Part shown: positions 9,001-16,377 of the stretch, in pieces | How the letters are laid out: each line of letters begins with the position of its first letter | How positions within the stretch are numbered: position 1 is the first letter of the stretch | Assembly (NCBI RefSeq): GCF_054903095.1 | Contig: NZ_CM142801.1 | Strand: one strand, 5' to 3' | DNA: 32,000 nucleotides | Translations under genes and position numbers: made by a program | Notes under the pieces: generated by a model | What the model was told of the DNA's origin: nothing | Database searches by the model: none | What the model saw: the letters and a program-made list of their open reading frames with translations, nothing else

Positions 9001-11883
9001 ACGGTCAGCGTGTTGGCAGGCAACGGTGCAACGACTGCCCCAACGGTGATTACAGAGCCGGACGGCACGGTGGAGATCTCTGTCACCAGCCAGACCGCCG
9101 GAATCAGTGCGGTCACTGCAACTATCAACAACAGCACCGCGAGCCAGAACGTGATGTTTATCGCCGATGTCAGGACGGCGAAGATCGCTGATTTGGTGGT
9201 CATTAAGGACGACTCAGTGGCAGACGGCGCAATGGCGAATATGCTGCGGGCGAGGGTGACCGATGCGTTCGGTAATGCGCTTGCCGGACAGACGGTCAGC
9301 GTGTTGGCAGGCAACGGTGCCACGACTGCTCCGACGGTCACCACGCAGCCGGACGGCACGGTGGAGATCTCTGTCACCAGCCAGACCGCCGGAACCAGTG
9401 CGGTCACTGCAACTATCAACAACAGCACCGCGAGCCAGAACGTGATGTTTATCGCGGATGTCAGGACGGCGCAGATCGCGGATCTGGTGGTCACCCGGGA
9501 TAACTCAGTGGCAGACGGCGCAATGGCGAATATGCTGCGGGCGAGGGTCACCGATGCGTTCGGTAATGCGCTTGCCGGACAGACGGTCAGCGTGACGGCA
9601 GGCAACGGCGCAACGGTTGCTCCGACGGTGATTACAGAGCCGGATGGCACGGTGGAGATCAGTGTCACCAGCCAGACGGCGGGCACCAGTACAGTCACCG
9701 CCAGCATCAACAACAGCAGCCAGAGCCAGAATGTCACCTTTGTACCTGGTGATGCATCGCAGCTCACTTCAACCGTTGAAACAAATAAGTCGAACTATAC
9801 GGTTGGAGAGACAATCACCATCACGGTAACGCTCCGGGATGCGTTCGATAATCTGGTAACCGGTGCAGCTTCACAGTTAGCCGCTGATGGTGTGCTGACG
9901 GTGGCTGGCACTGACCCGTCAGAAACGGGAAGCTGGGTTGAATCAGGTGGCGTGTATACCACAACCCGAATGGCGACGATTGCCAGTACCAATCAGCACG
10001 CCAACCTGCAATTGCAGACGTGGAGTGATGGCGTAACGTCAGATCGCTATGACATACAGTCCGGTTCTCCGGCGCAAGCCACATCAACTATCGCTACGGA
10101 TAAAAACGCCTACACCGCTGGTGACACTATAACCGTCGCTGTGACGCTGAAAGACGCGCACGGTAACCTGGTTGAAGGGGGCGAGTCCTTATTGTCTGGT
10201 GATAACGTAACAGTAGAAGGAGCCGTACGTTCAGGAGGATGGTCTGAAACTGCCGGTGTTTATACTGCTACATGGTCGGCGCAAATGGCGGGAGACTCTC
10301 ACCACGCGACGCTGAAGTTGTCTGAATGGGGCAGCAGTAAACAATCAGAGAGTTATTCCATCCACAGCGGTGCTCCGGTGCAGGCAAATTCTGCTATCAG
10401 GACAGATAAATTGGCATATATCGCTGGGGAGCCATTAACCGTCACAATAACGTTGCGGGATGAGTTTGATAACCCTGCTTTAGGGCTGACATCAGAAGTC
10501 ATCGAGTCTTATATCGATAATTTCGCGGTAGGTGGCGCAACTCCCGATTCTCTGCAGTGGGTCGAGCAGAATAATGGTGAATATACCATTGTCTGGACAG
10601 CATGGGTTGCCGAGGAAAATCTGGTTGCCAGTCTGAAATTAAAAACATGGGGAACGGAGATTAAGTCCTCATTATACGGGATACAACCAGGTGCGGCGGC
10701 AAAATCTCAATCCACGATAGTCACGGACAAAACGAAATATATCGCTGGGGATAGCATAACGGTGACCGTTGTTCTTAAAGATGCCCAGGGTAACTTTATT
10801 ACTGATGGTGTCGTTCAGCTTAATGAGGAAAACGTACAAGTCAGGAACGCTGATTCTATTCAAGGCAATAATTGGATATACAATGGCAATGGGCAATATC
10901 AAAGACAGTATATGGCACATTTTGCGGAAGCGAATTTGAATGCGCAACTGAAGATGGCGGGTTGGGTCGATGCCAATTATTCAAAAAGCTACACTATTAA
11001 CAGAGGTGAAGTAAGTAAGTTTCGTTCACAGCTTCGTATACACGAAGTTTTAGTGGTAGCTGGGGCGGATATACCTGTCAGTGTTTTATTATCTGATGAA
11101 TTTGGTAATCCTGTGAATGACGGTCTGGATTTGCTGACAGATGATGCAGTGTACTTACAAAATGTGGAAAAGAAACATTGGTCCAGTTGGACATTTGTAG
11201 GTGATGGCAGATATGAGCGTACCTATATGGCCTACAAAGAAGGAGAAAACTTAAACTCATATCTACATATTAATGGTTGGTATGTAGACGGGCAACCGTC
11301 TTATACCATCCTTCCTTTTGTGGAAGTCGAGTCGCTGAGTGTTAATGGTGCAAAATTCAGGGCGGCAGATGGTTTTCCAAAAACAGGGTTTGATGGTGCT
11401 AAATTTACACTGATATTAACCCACAATATGAAAAACACGGATTATAATTGGACCAGCGGTATACAGGGTATTCAGGTCGATAGTAATGGTATGGTGACTT
11501 TAGAATATATTCTAAAGAACGAAATTACTATTACAGGAACGCCGAAAAGCAATAAAGGGAATAAAGTCACATATAGATTCTCACTGCAGAAATGGTTTTT
11601 ACCCCAAGGGGATTTTCAGGAAGCATGGAGTGTAATTAATTCATATTGTAGTGATAGGGGCTATAGATTACCGTCTAGTACGGATATAGTGGGGAGTGCA
11701 ACTAGCGGTGCTGTCCCGCGAAAAGTAGGTTCGTTATGGGGTGAATATGGTAATCTGACTTCTTATGACGGAATATTTCGCTCTGAACATTATTGGCTCG
11801 ACAGCGGTATGATATTTTATCCAGGAGATGGTCATCTCTCGATAGCGTCACGTTCATCCGCATTGTGTTTGCAAGAGTTCTGA
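1..11883 (+). CDS. air: Giant inverse autotransporter adhesin with bacterial Ig-like repeats (Air/EaeX type, intimin/invasin family); 5' end lies outside the window
   Basis: The frame is open from base 1 (KLVYEQYYGDEVALFGKDERQNDPHAITAGLSYTPVPLISFSAEQRQG...), which resembles the end of an intimin/invasin beta-barrel, followed by LDPAEVAARRSLVGSRYDLVDRNNNIVLEYRKKE. More than 30 Ig-like domains follow, with a Cys-containing lectin-like C-terminus (YCSDRGYRLPSSTDI...SSALCLQEF), stop at 11881-11883. Located next to a HilA-like regulator and an eip operon, as described for enteroaggregative E. coli. Confidence 0.85.
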   Translation, partial: KLVYEQYYGDEVALFGKDERQNDPHAITAGLSYTPVPLISFSAEQRQGKQGENDTRIGMELTLQPGHSLQKQLDPAEVAARRSLVGSRYDLVDRNNNIVLEYRKKELVRLTLTDPLKGKPGEVKSLVSSLQTKYALKGYDIEAASLQSAGGKVAVSGKDIQVTIPPYRFTAMPETDNTYPIAVTAEDSKGNFSRREESMVVVEKPTLSLADSTLSVDLQILLADGKSTSTLTYTARDSSGKPIPGMTLKTQAKGLQDFALSEWKDNGNGTYTQIVTAGKTSGALSLMPQFNGDNVAKTPALIAIVANTASRADSTIETDQDNYVAGKPIVVKVTLRDDNGNGVTGRKELLKQAVKVDNTKADAVSAWTEESEGIYKASYTAHLIGDKLTAQLTMPGWKTKHSDAFSIAGDKDTAKIAAMQITANNAVARRDHNTVAVTVRDVHQNLLQGQNVTFTVVNGAAVFADPNGGIVTTDKDGIASINLASDQAVNSLIKAEINGSSQSVEVSFITGDISQLTSTIKTDDVTYTAGGQIKVSVTLMDEQKNLVKGMASLLAGSGVVEVSGTDKNETGNWSEESDGVYTTTRTAKIAGDRHYATLKLSTWSSAQQSDAYAIRESGAVLAYSSIVTDKTAYTAGGAIKVTVTLKDSYENLVGGQRYAINQAIQLPNTKAESIAWNEDQKGIYTATYTALLPGTGLKAQLQMSGWASALTSNDYSISGDAASAQIVAMQVTTGNPDVLANGSDRHTVNVRVEDQFGNVLPEQTVTFTVTKGAAVFANAGQSADIRTDAHGMAEVDLSSTVADASTVEAKVNQSSDSKTVNFVADVSTAQVAELVVIKDGSEADGSTANTLRVKVTDAFGNTLAGQTVSVLAGNGATTAPTVTTQPDGTVEISVTSQTAGTSAVTASINTSSQSRDVTFIADVGTAKIADLVVIKDGSEADGSTANTLRVRVTDAFGNTLAGQTVSVLADNGATTAPTVITEPDGTLEISVTSQTAGVSAVTATINSSTQSQNVTFIADVRTAKIADLVVIKDGSEADGSTANTLRARVTDAFGNALAGQTVSVLADNGATVASTVTTEPDGTVEISVTSQTAGTSAVTASINNSTLSQNVTFIADVRTAKIADLVVIKDDSVADGAMANMLRARVTDAFGNALAGQTVSVLAGNGATTAPTVTTQPDGTVEISVTSQTAGTSAVTASINNSSQSRNVTFIADVSTAKIADLVVIKDDSVADGAMANTLQVKVTDAFGNTLAGQTVSVTAGNGATVAPVVTTQPDGTVEISVTSQTAGVSAVTATINSSTQSQNVTFIADVKTAKIADLVVIKDDSVADGAMANTLRVKVTDAFGNALAGQTVSVLAGNGATTAPTVTTQPDGTVEISVTSQTAGTSAVTASINSSSLSRNVTFVADVRTAKIASLEVTQDNSVADGAMANTLRVKVTDAFGNALNGQTVSVMADNGATVAPTVITEPDGTVEISVTSQTAGVSAVTATINSSSQSQNVIFIADVSTAKIADLVVIKDGSEADGSTANTLRVRVTDAFGNTLAGQTVSVLADNGATVTPTVITGQDGTVEISVTSQTAGTSAVTATINSSSQSRDVTFVADVRTAKIADLVVIKDDSVADGAMANMLRARVTDAFGNALNGQTVSVTADNSATVSPTVTTEPDGTAEISVTSQTAGISAVTATINNSTASQNVMFIADVRTAKIADLVVIKDDSVADGAMANMLRVKVTDAFGNALTGQTVSVMAGNGATVAPTVITEPDGTAEISVTSQTAGVSAVTASINNSTLSRDVTFIADVRTAQIADLVVIKDGSVADGSTANTLRARVTDAFGNTLAGQTVSVMAGNGATTAPTVTTQPDGTVEISVTSQTAGTSAVTASINNSSQSRDVTFIADVRTAQIAVLEVTQDNAVADGAMANTLRARVTDAFGNTLAGQTVSVMAGNGATVAPTVITGQDGTVEISVTSQTAGTSAVTASINSSTASRNVTFIADVRTAQIADLVVIKDDSVADGAMANMLRARVTDAFGNALAGQTVSVMAGNGATTAPTVTTQPDGTVEISVTSQTAGISAVTVSINNSTLSQNVTFIADVRTAQIADLVVIKDGSEADGLTANTLRARVTDAFGNALAGQTVSVTAGNGATVAPTVITELDGMVEISVTSQTAGTSTVTAGINNSSQSRNVTFVADVRTAQIADLVVSQDNAVADGAMANTLRARVTDAFGNTLAGQTVSVTAGNGATVAPTVITEPDGMVEISVTSQTAGTSTVTAGINNSSQSRNVTFVADVRTAQIADLVVSQDNAVADGAMANTLRVKVTDAFGNVLAGQTVSVLAGNGATTAPTVTTQPDGTAEISVTSQTAGISAVTASINNSTASQNVMFIADVRTAKIADLVVIKDGSEADGSTANTLRARVTDAFGNTLGGQTVSVLADNGATVASTMTTQPDGTVEISVTSQTAGTSTVTATINNSTLSQNVMFIADVSTAQIASLEVTQDNSVADGAMANMLRARVTDAFGNALAGQTVSVMAGNGATTAPTVTTQPDGTVEISVTSQTAGISTVTATINSSSQSRDVTFIADVRTAQIADLEVTRDNSVADGAMANMLRARVTDAFGNALGGQTVSVLADNGVTTAPTVITEQDGTVEISVTSQTAGTSAVTASINSSTASRNVTFIADVRTAQIASLEVTQDNAVADGAMANTLRVRVTDAFGNTLAGQTVSVLADNGATTAPTVITEPDGTLEISVTSQTAGVSAVTATINSSTQSQNVTFIADVRTAKIADLVVIKDGSEADGSTANTLRARVTDAFGNALAGQTVSVLADNGAAVAPTVTTHPDGTVEISVTSQTAGVSTVTASINSSSQSRDVTFIADASTAQIADLVVIKDGSEADGSTVNTLRARVTDAFGNTLGGQTVSVLADNGATVSPTVTTQPDGTVEISVTSQTAGVSTVTASINNSSLSRNVTFVADVRTAKIADLVVIKDGSEADGSTANTLRARVTDAFGNTLAGQTVSVLAGNGATTAPTVITEPDGTVEISVTSQTAGISAVTATINNSTASQNVMFIADVRTAKIADLVVIKDDSVADGAMANMLRARVTDAFGNALAGQTVSVLAGNGATTAPTVTTQPDGTVEISVTSQTAGTSAVTATINNSTASQNVMFIADVRTAQIADLVVTRDNSVADGAMANMLRARVTDAFGNALAGQTVSVTAGNGATVAPTVITEPDGTVEISVTSQTAGTSTVTASINNSSQSQNVTFVPGDASQLTSTVETNKSNYTVGETITITVTLRDAFDNLVTGAASQLAADGVLTVAGTDPSETGSWVESGGVYTTTRMATIASTNQHANLQLQTWSDGVTSDRYDIQSGSPAQATSTIATDKNAYTAGDTITVAVTLKDAHGNLVEGGESLLSGDNVTVEGAVRSGGWSETAGVYTATWSAQMAGDSHHATLKLSEWGSSKQSESYSIHSGAPVQANSAIRTDKLAYIAGEPLTVTITLRDEFDNPALGLTSEVIESYIDNFAVGGATPDSLQWVEQNNGEYTIVWTAWVAEENLVASLKLKTWGTEIKSSLYGIQPGAAAKSQSTIVTDKTKYIAGDSITVTVVLKDAQGNFITDGVVQLNEENVQVRNADSIQGNNWIYNGNGQYQRQYMAHFAEANLNAQLKMAGWVDANYSKSYTINRGEVSKFRSQLRIHEVLVVAGADIPVSVLLSDEFGNPVNDGLDLLTDDAVYLQNVEKKHWSSWTFVGDGRYERTYMAYKEGENLNSYLHINGWYVDGQPSYTILPFVEVESLSVNGAKFRAADGFPKTGFDGAKFTLILTHNMKNTDYNWTSGIQGIQVDSNGMVTLEYILKNEITITGTPKSNKGNKVTYRFSLQKWFLPQGDFQEAWSVINSYCSDRGYRLPSSTDIVGSATSGAVPRKVGSLWGEYGNLTSYDGIFRSEHYWLDSGMIFYPGDGHLSIASRSSALCLQEF
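919..2480 (+). repeat. Diverged Ig-like domains of two alternating classes preceding the homogeneous array
   Basis: Class A: STIETDQDNYVAGKPIVVKVTLRDDNGNGVTG, STIKTDDVTYTAGGQIKVSVTLMDEQKNLVKG, SSIVTDKTAYTAGGAIKVTVTLKDSYENLVGG. Class B: MQITANNAVARRDHNTVAVTVRDVHQNLLQGQNVTFTV, MQVTTGNPDVLANGSDRHTVNVRVEDQFGNVLPEQTVTFTV. Confidence 0.75.
2480..9755 (+). repeat. Tandem array of 25 Ig-like units, each 291 bp (97 aa), within the adhesin gene
   Basis: The anchor 'ctggtggtc' (ADLVV or variant) falls at 2500, 2791 and 3082, and the last at 9484. (9484-2500)/291 = 24 exactly, giving 25 units. Consensus: IADLVVIKDxSxADGxxANTLRxrVTDAFGNxLaGQTVSVxAxNGATxxPTVxTxPDGTvEISVTSQTAGxSxVTAsINxSxxSxxVTFIADVRTAq. 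Confidence 0.93.
9748..11310 (+). repeat. Block of about five class-A Ig-like domains following the array
   Basis: STVETNKSNYTVGETITITVTLRDAFDNLV, STIATDKNAYTAGDTITVAVTLKDAHGNLV, SAIRTDKLAYIAGEPLTVTITLRDEFDNP, STIVTDKTKYIAGDSITVTVVLKDAQGNFI, then a diverged copy with VLVVAGADIPVSVLLSDEFGNPV. Confidence 0.75.
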
Positions 11884-11897
11884 TGTTACTTATATTT

Positions 11898-11919
11898 TTG
11901 CCCTGCATATGCAGGGCAA
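11898..11919. terminator. Perfect 22-bp palindrome between convergent air and eilA; candidate bidirectional terminator
   Basis: TTGCCCTGCAT|ATGCAGGGCAA lies in the 49-bp gap between the two stop codons and is followed on + by TTTAT. The T-tract is weak. Confidence 0.5.
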
Positions 11920-11932
11920 TTTATCTTAGTTC

Positions 11933-13630
11933 TTACGCAGAAGTACGCATCACACCGATAGTATTAAATTCATTTTTTACACTGAGCAAACGGGGGTCAT
12001 GAAGCAAAACATTTGACCATAAATCATTGTCTTTAATTAATTGTTGCCAGCGCTTTTCATATTCTTTTTTACCATACACAGTGTAAATCAACGGCAAAAT
12101 AACACCATTGATTTTGTTGGTGTTAATATTTGCCAGTAACTTCATAATGTCATTTTTTATAGATGCGCCATAGATCAGAAATTTCGTATAAAGCGAGTTA
12201 ACACAGGTGTAATCAAGACCATGTTCAGGCTCAAGTTTAAGCAATAAACTTTTGGCTTTGTCATTATGTCCTTTCAGTGCCATGAACATAGCCAGAATAG
12301 AGGTAATAATTGGATTATTACAGGTGTTTTGACTGTTAAGATTTAATGCAAAAGATATCGCGTTATCGAGGGGGGATGTGTAATAAAGTATAATTAATTT
12401 AAGAATGCTTATACCCATTTTATTGGGTTCAAGAGCAATACTTTTTTCTATTAGATTAAATGCTCTTGCAAGATCACCGTTCAAAAAACATAGCAGAGAC
12501 TGATAATAATAAACGTCTGGCGAATTAGGTTTGAGTAAATGTGCTTGCTTAAATAGCACATTAGACACTGAATGTTCATCTTTTAGCCCACTGATTAAAC
12601 CCAGTAAACCCAATGCCTGAGAATTTGAAGGGTTAATTTCAAGAGCCTTTTCAATGGAGGTTACTGCCGTAGTTATTGCTTGTTTTTGTTCACTGAGTCC
12701 AAGGAGGGCTAATGATATATGGCATTCCGCCAGGCAACAGTAGGGCAAGGTATTTTGCGGTTGCGTACTCACACAATCTCTAAATATTACTAATGCTCGT
12801 TTCAAACTCTCTGGTGTATAACGATACATTTCCATTCTGCCATTCATATACATAACAGCAGAATCCAGAGATGGCATTTGTTGTGTATTAATAGATTTAA
12901 AATTAATGTTGGGTATTTTTTCAATAAGAATATTAATTACTTGTGATAATAATACGGAAAGAGGATTATCGGGGTGGAAATCAATACTTTGATGATCAAT
13001 CAATTTATGTGTTCTGGCATGAATTAACTCAATAAATAAACGCCAGTTTTTACCATAGTGAACGACCTGACCCATAATATAATATTCTGGACCTGTTTTA
13101 TTGATAAACTGATGGATAGTGGAGAAATCACTGGCCTCATTTGTTACCGAAGCGGGTAAAATATCTAAACCACAAAAAGCATATTTTGAAAGGCCCTGGA
13201 CAAGTTCGTAATGGAGTTTTAGAACATTGATCGAACCTTCGGTACGAAAGGGAAAAACGGCAAGAGTGGTGGTCGACTTTACCGGTTCATTATCGGTCAC
13301 AATCACAATAGGTACAGTAAAACGGTATCCACGACCATAGACCGTTTCGATATACTTACACTGTTTATTCTCATGCAAAAGTTTGCGCAATGCATAAATA
13401 CATCGTGTTAGAGATTCATCACTGGCAACACTCGCGCTCCAGACCTTATCGATAATCTCTTCTTTGCTAACAATTTCACCGTCAGCATTAAGTAATAGAA
13501 TGATAACGCCAAGTTCTTTCGGTGGAATATGATATTCTTTGTTTTTGAATAATAATATTCCATTGTTTTTTAATACAAAGTCGCCAAATATATATTGTTG
13601 TGTATTATTTTTTCCATGTTGCAGTTGCAT
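11933..13630 (-). CDS. eilA: HilA-like transcriptional regulator (OmpR/ToxR-type winged helix plus TPR-like C-terminal region)
   Basis: 565 aa. N-terminus FGDFVLKNNGILLFKNKEYHIPPKELGVIILLLNADGEIVSKEEIIDKVWSASVASDESLTRCIYALRKLL..KYIETVYGRGYRF is a typical trans_reg_C winged helix. TPR-like segments follow. Sits next to sip-like genes. Confidence 0.87.
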   Translation of the reverse strand: MQLQHGKNNTQQYIFGDFVLKNNGILLFKNKEYHIPPKELGVIILLLNADGEIVSKEEIIDKVWSASVASDESLTRCIYALRKLLHENKQCKYIETVYGRGYRFTVPIVIVTDNEPVKSTTTLAVFPFRTEGSINVLKLHYELVQGLSKYAFCGLDILPASVTNEASDFSTIHQFINKTGPEYYIMGQVVHYGKNWRLFIELIHARTHKLIDHQSIDFHPDNPLSVLLSQVINILIEKIPNINFKSINTQQMPSLDSAVMYMNGRMEMYRYTPESLKRALVIFRDCVSTQPQNTLPYCCLAECHISLALLGLSEQKQAITTAVTSIEKALEINPSNSQALGLLGLISGLKDEHSVSNVLFKQAHLLKPNSPDVYYYQSLLCFLNGDLARAFNLIEKSIALEPNKMGISILKLIILYYTSPLDNAISFALNLNSQNTCNNPIITSILAMFMALKGHNDKAKSLLLKLEPEHGLDYTCVNSLYTKFLIYGASIKNDIMKLLANINTNKINGVILPLIYTVYGKKEYEKRWQQLIKDNDLWSNVLLHDPRLLSVKNEFNTIGVMRTSA

Positions 13631-13778
13631 AGAACGCTCCTTCCGTTTTCTCTATTCATAGTATTAATTTGATCAATATAAAATAAAGTATTGGCAGAAT
13701 TGCTCTATCAAAAAACGCTCATTTTGTAAGATTGTGATGAAAAAATGAATGAAAGGTGATGCTTAATAATATGAAACG

Positions 13779-13801
13779 CTGGTCCCATTTTTCGGGACCA
13801 G
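13779..13801 (-). terminator. Stem-loop downstream of the eip operon, between eipD and eilA
   Basis: CTGGTCCC-atttttc-GGGACCAG, 8-bp perfect stem, 32 nt past the eipD stop. No strong U-tract on the minus strand, so this may be an attenuator or a processed hairpin. Confidence 0.4.
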
Positions 13802-13832
13802 ATAGTGGGCGATAATTGTGGGTGTTACTTAA

Positions 13833-15182
13833 TCAGAAACGTAAATAATCTTTCGCTGAATCAAACAACGCAGTAATGGTTGAAGATAATAATTTGATAA
13901 TTGTATCGTAGGTGGAGTTGGCTGTACTGTATTTAGTCGTGATAACCTGCACGTCGGTTTTCATGTTTTCTGCCTGGCCGTTATAACCCGCCAGCCATGC
14001 CTGGTATTCAGCTGTGCTTATTTCGTAGCCGGTGAATTCTTTAGATATATTTTTTTCCTTCCCTTTATCGTCCCTGTGTACCATTGAGTCTGAAGACTGA
14101 CTCATACTGTCAATAATCTGAGGGTTGGGAATAATAACATACAGACCGCTACCTTGCGGTTCAACTTCGACAATCGGAGAAGGTGTGCGGTGTTTGGGAT
14201 CGGGTGGAATTACCGGAAGTCCTAAAGCGGCGCACCATTTTTCTGCTTCTTCCAGTGGAACACCAATTTTGTCAGCAGGTGCCGGAGGGTATAAAACATA
14301 GTCTGGATTGTAATGATAGTGGAAATCACCATTAGGATATTTATCGATATAATAAAAATGCATCAAGGCCTTTTGAAATGCATTGACATCAAAAACTATC
14401 GCATCGCCTTTTTTATTAGAGTGAGTCCACTTTCCCATATTGCTTTGGATATGTTCACTGAAGTCCTGCCAGTATGCGCTCATTATCTCAACGCTATTCG
14501 CATAAATTTCGAGGTAGTCGCTACCGAGCACACTCATCAAATCAGCAATATCACTGCATATATATTTATCACTTTTAAATTCGCTTGAACTACTGGCCGT
14601 TAAAGTACTGCTGGTTGCTGAACTTCTCACTTCAGGCACAGAACTCTCTAAAGAAGCGATAGCGTGAGTTAAGGTTCCTTTGGTCGTTGCCATTGCAATT
14701 GACCCGGTTGTGTTGTCAGCAACGTTAGCCAGGGTTTTTCTCACAGAGTTATGCAGGGTCAATATTGCAGCGGGATCCTTTAATTTTCCGTCAATAGTAT
14801 TAACATTTTCTGTAAGCTGCAGAACGTTTTTTATCAGCGAATAACTTTCGTGTAAGAGCGCAGATCCTTTCTCTGACAGGTTCTCAGTTGGGAAATTTCT
14901 GAGCATGTTTTTAACGAAGTTGAGTTGTATGTCATGCTGGCATTTCCAGTCTTCATTTCGCGGGCTACGTTCACTGACTAAAGTTGATAGTTTTTCAACA
15001 TCTTTCTTGAGCATAGCGCCAATATTATTATCCTTACTGGCGCTGTTATGCAAATTACCCTCGCTTTTGCTGTTTCCCAGTTGATGAGGCTCCTCACTTT
15101 GCGAGGATGCCTCTTTAAGAGGAATGTTTGCATTCTGCTGACGTAGAATATCTATATTTAAATTATTATCTTTATTAATCAT
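13833..15182 (-). CDS. eipD: Type III secretion needle-tip/translocator protein, SipD/IpaD/BipD family
   Basis: 449 aa. Last gene of a sicA-sipB-sipC-sipD ordered operon; C-terminal YEISTAEYQAWLAGYNGQAENMKTDVQVITTKYSTANSTYDTIIKLLSSTITALFDSAKDYLRF resembles SipD/IpaD C-termini. Confidence 0.82.
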   Translation of the reverse strand: MINKDNNLNIDILRQQNANIPLKEASSQSEEPHQLGNSKSEGNLHNSASKDNNIGAMLKKDVEKLSTLVSERSPRNEDWKCQHDIQLNFVKNMLRNFPTENLSEKGSALLHESYSLIKNVLQLTENVNTIDGKLKDPAAILTLHNSVRKTLANVADNTTGSIAMATTKGTLTHAIASLESSVPEVRSSATSSTLTASSSSEFKSDKYICSDIADLMSVLGSDYLEIYANSVEIMSAYWQDFSEHIQSNMGKWTHSNKKGDAIVFDVNAFQKALMHFYYIDKYPNGDFHYHYNPDYVLYPPAPADKIGVPLEEAEKWCAALGLPVIPPDPKHRTPSPIVEVEPQGSGLYVIIPNPQIIDSMSQSSDSMVHRDDKGKEKNISKEFTGYEISTAEYQAWLAGYNGQAENMKTDVQVITTKYSTANSTYDTIIKLLSSTITALFDSAKDYLRF

Positions 15183-15225
15183 GTGTCATTCCTCCTTAAA
15201 TATAAGGAACTATTATTGCAATAAT

Positions 15226-16377
15226 TTATGAGCGGATGCCTTGAACGATAGCACTATCAGTATCAATAATGGTTTGTATTATTTGCTGTAATAAATTGAG
15301 TGCCTGATCTCTTCCTTGAACATCACGATTAATTTGATCCAGATAGCTACTCATAACTGAATGCATAACATTTTTAGCCTGTTCAACAATGTCTTTTTCT
15401 GCATGAGTAGTGCTTTCTAGATATCTAGATGTTGCTCGAATAGATTCATTGCTAAGCTGTGAAAGTACATCTGCTTTACCTATAGTAAAATATTTATTAT
15501 ACCTATTGTTATGTTTTGTGCTAATTTTCTCGTTTGTATCTCTAATCTTTTCTAGAGTAGCTTCTTTTTCTTTATCATATGATTTCAGCGCCTCTTCTTT
15601 TTCTTTTTCATTAAGATTCGTATCTTTCGTTGTATTTTTTATTTTTTCATCTATTTGTTTGAGAGAAGCTTGTTGCTCTATAACTTCCCTTTTTGACGCG
15701 CGCTGTGCATTATCATCAGTTCTTTCGATAGTATGCTCTTGGTCAGGTGTAAGGGTTACCATCTTTTTGGGATGGCTTCTGTAATTTGCTACGGCAGATG
15801 CCGAGGCCCCGACTGCGCCAACTGCTGACCCGGCAATAACACCTATCGAACTTGCTGCTGTGGCGCGTTCGGTTTCTGTTCTCTGATACTGGACAAGTTG
15901 TTCAAAAACATTGCTCATAATAGCCTCAGACATAGCTGAGGCTTTATACATTGATGTGAATACCCTTAAAAATTCCTCCATAACAGCTTGTTGTCGCATG
16001 GTCAAATTATCTAGCATATCAAGGATATTAAATTTAGATATTTTAATGGTGGTCTGCTCTGTAGAACTGCTTGATTGACTGGATGTAATTGTAGGTTTGT
16101 TAAGGTCACCCCTCAAATTATCTAGCGTATTCCTTGAATAATTAAGATTATCCAATAGTTTTACTCTTAGTTCCGGACAGACTTCTCTGTCTGTATTTTT
16201 TAATATTATAAACTGAGAGCTTATGTCATGCTTAATATCTTTAAGGTTATAGTATTGCACAATTTTATTATCATTTGGTATGTTGTTTTCTTTACTATAA
16301 CCTCTATCAAAGATTGTTTTATCGAGATTGTTAATATTATGTGTGCTGGTCGCATTTTTAATTTCATAGGTGGCCAT
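15226..16377 (-). CDS. eipC: Type III translocator/effector, SipC/IpaC family
   Basis: 383 aa, with a hydrophobic segment (ATAASSIGVIAGSAVGAVGASASAVA) and C-terminal coiled region (SNESIRATSRYLESTTHAEKDIVEQAKNVMHSVMSSYLDQINRDVQGRDQ). Position between the sipB and sipD homologues. Confidence 0.82.
   Translation of the reverse strand: MATYEIKNATSTHNINNLDKTIFDRGYSKENNIPNDNKIVQYYNLKDIKHDISSQFIILKNTDREVCPELRVKLLDNLNYSRNTLDNLRGDLNKPTITSSQSSSSTEQTTIKISKFNILDMLDNLTMRQQAVMEEFLRVFTSMYKASAMSEAIMSNVFEQLVQYQRTETERATAASSIGVIAGSAVGAVGASASAVANYRSHPKKMVTLTPDQEHTIERTDDNAQRASKREVIEQQASLKQIDEKIKNTTKDTNLNEKEKEEALKSYDKEKEATLEKIRDTNEKISTKHNNRYNKYFTIGKADVLSQLSNESIRATSRYLESTTHAEKDIVEQAKNVMHSVMSSYLDQINRDVQGRDQALNLLQQIIQTIIDTDSAIVQGIRS

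Noticed and set aside
2480-9755. CRISPR-like array because of regular repeats
   Set aside because: The unit is 291 bp of coding sequence with no spacer structure and no cas genes.
2436-9767. Many long minus-strand ORFs across the adhesin repeat (e.g. 2436..3017, 5214..6176, 8799..9767)
   Set aside because: They are antisense shadows of the 291-bp coding repeat. Because the unit is a multiple of three, one antisense frame stays open in every copy (repeated TLTVCPASVLPNASVTLARS...). No independent coding signal.
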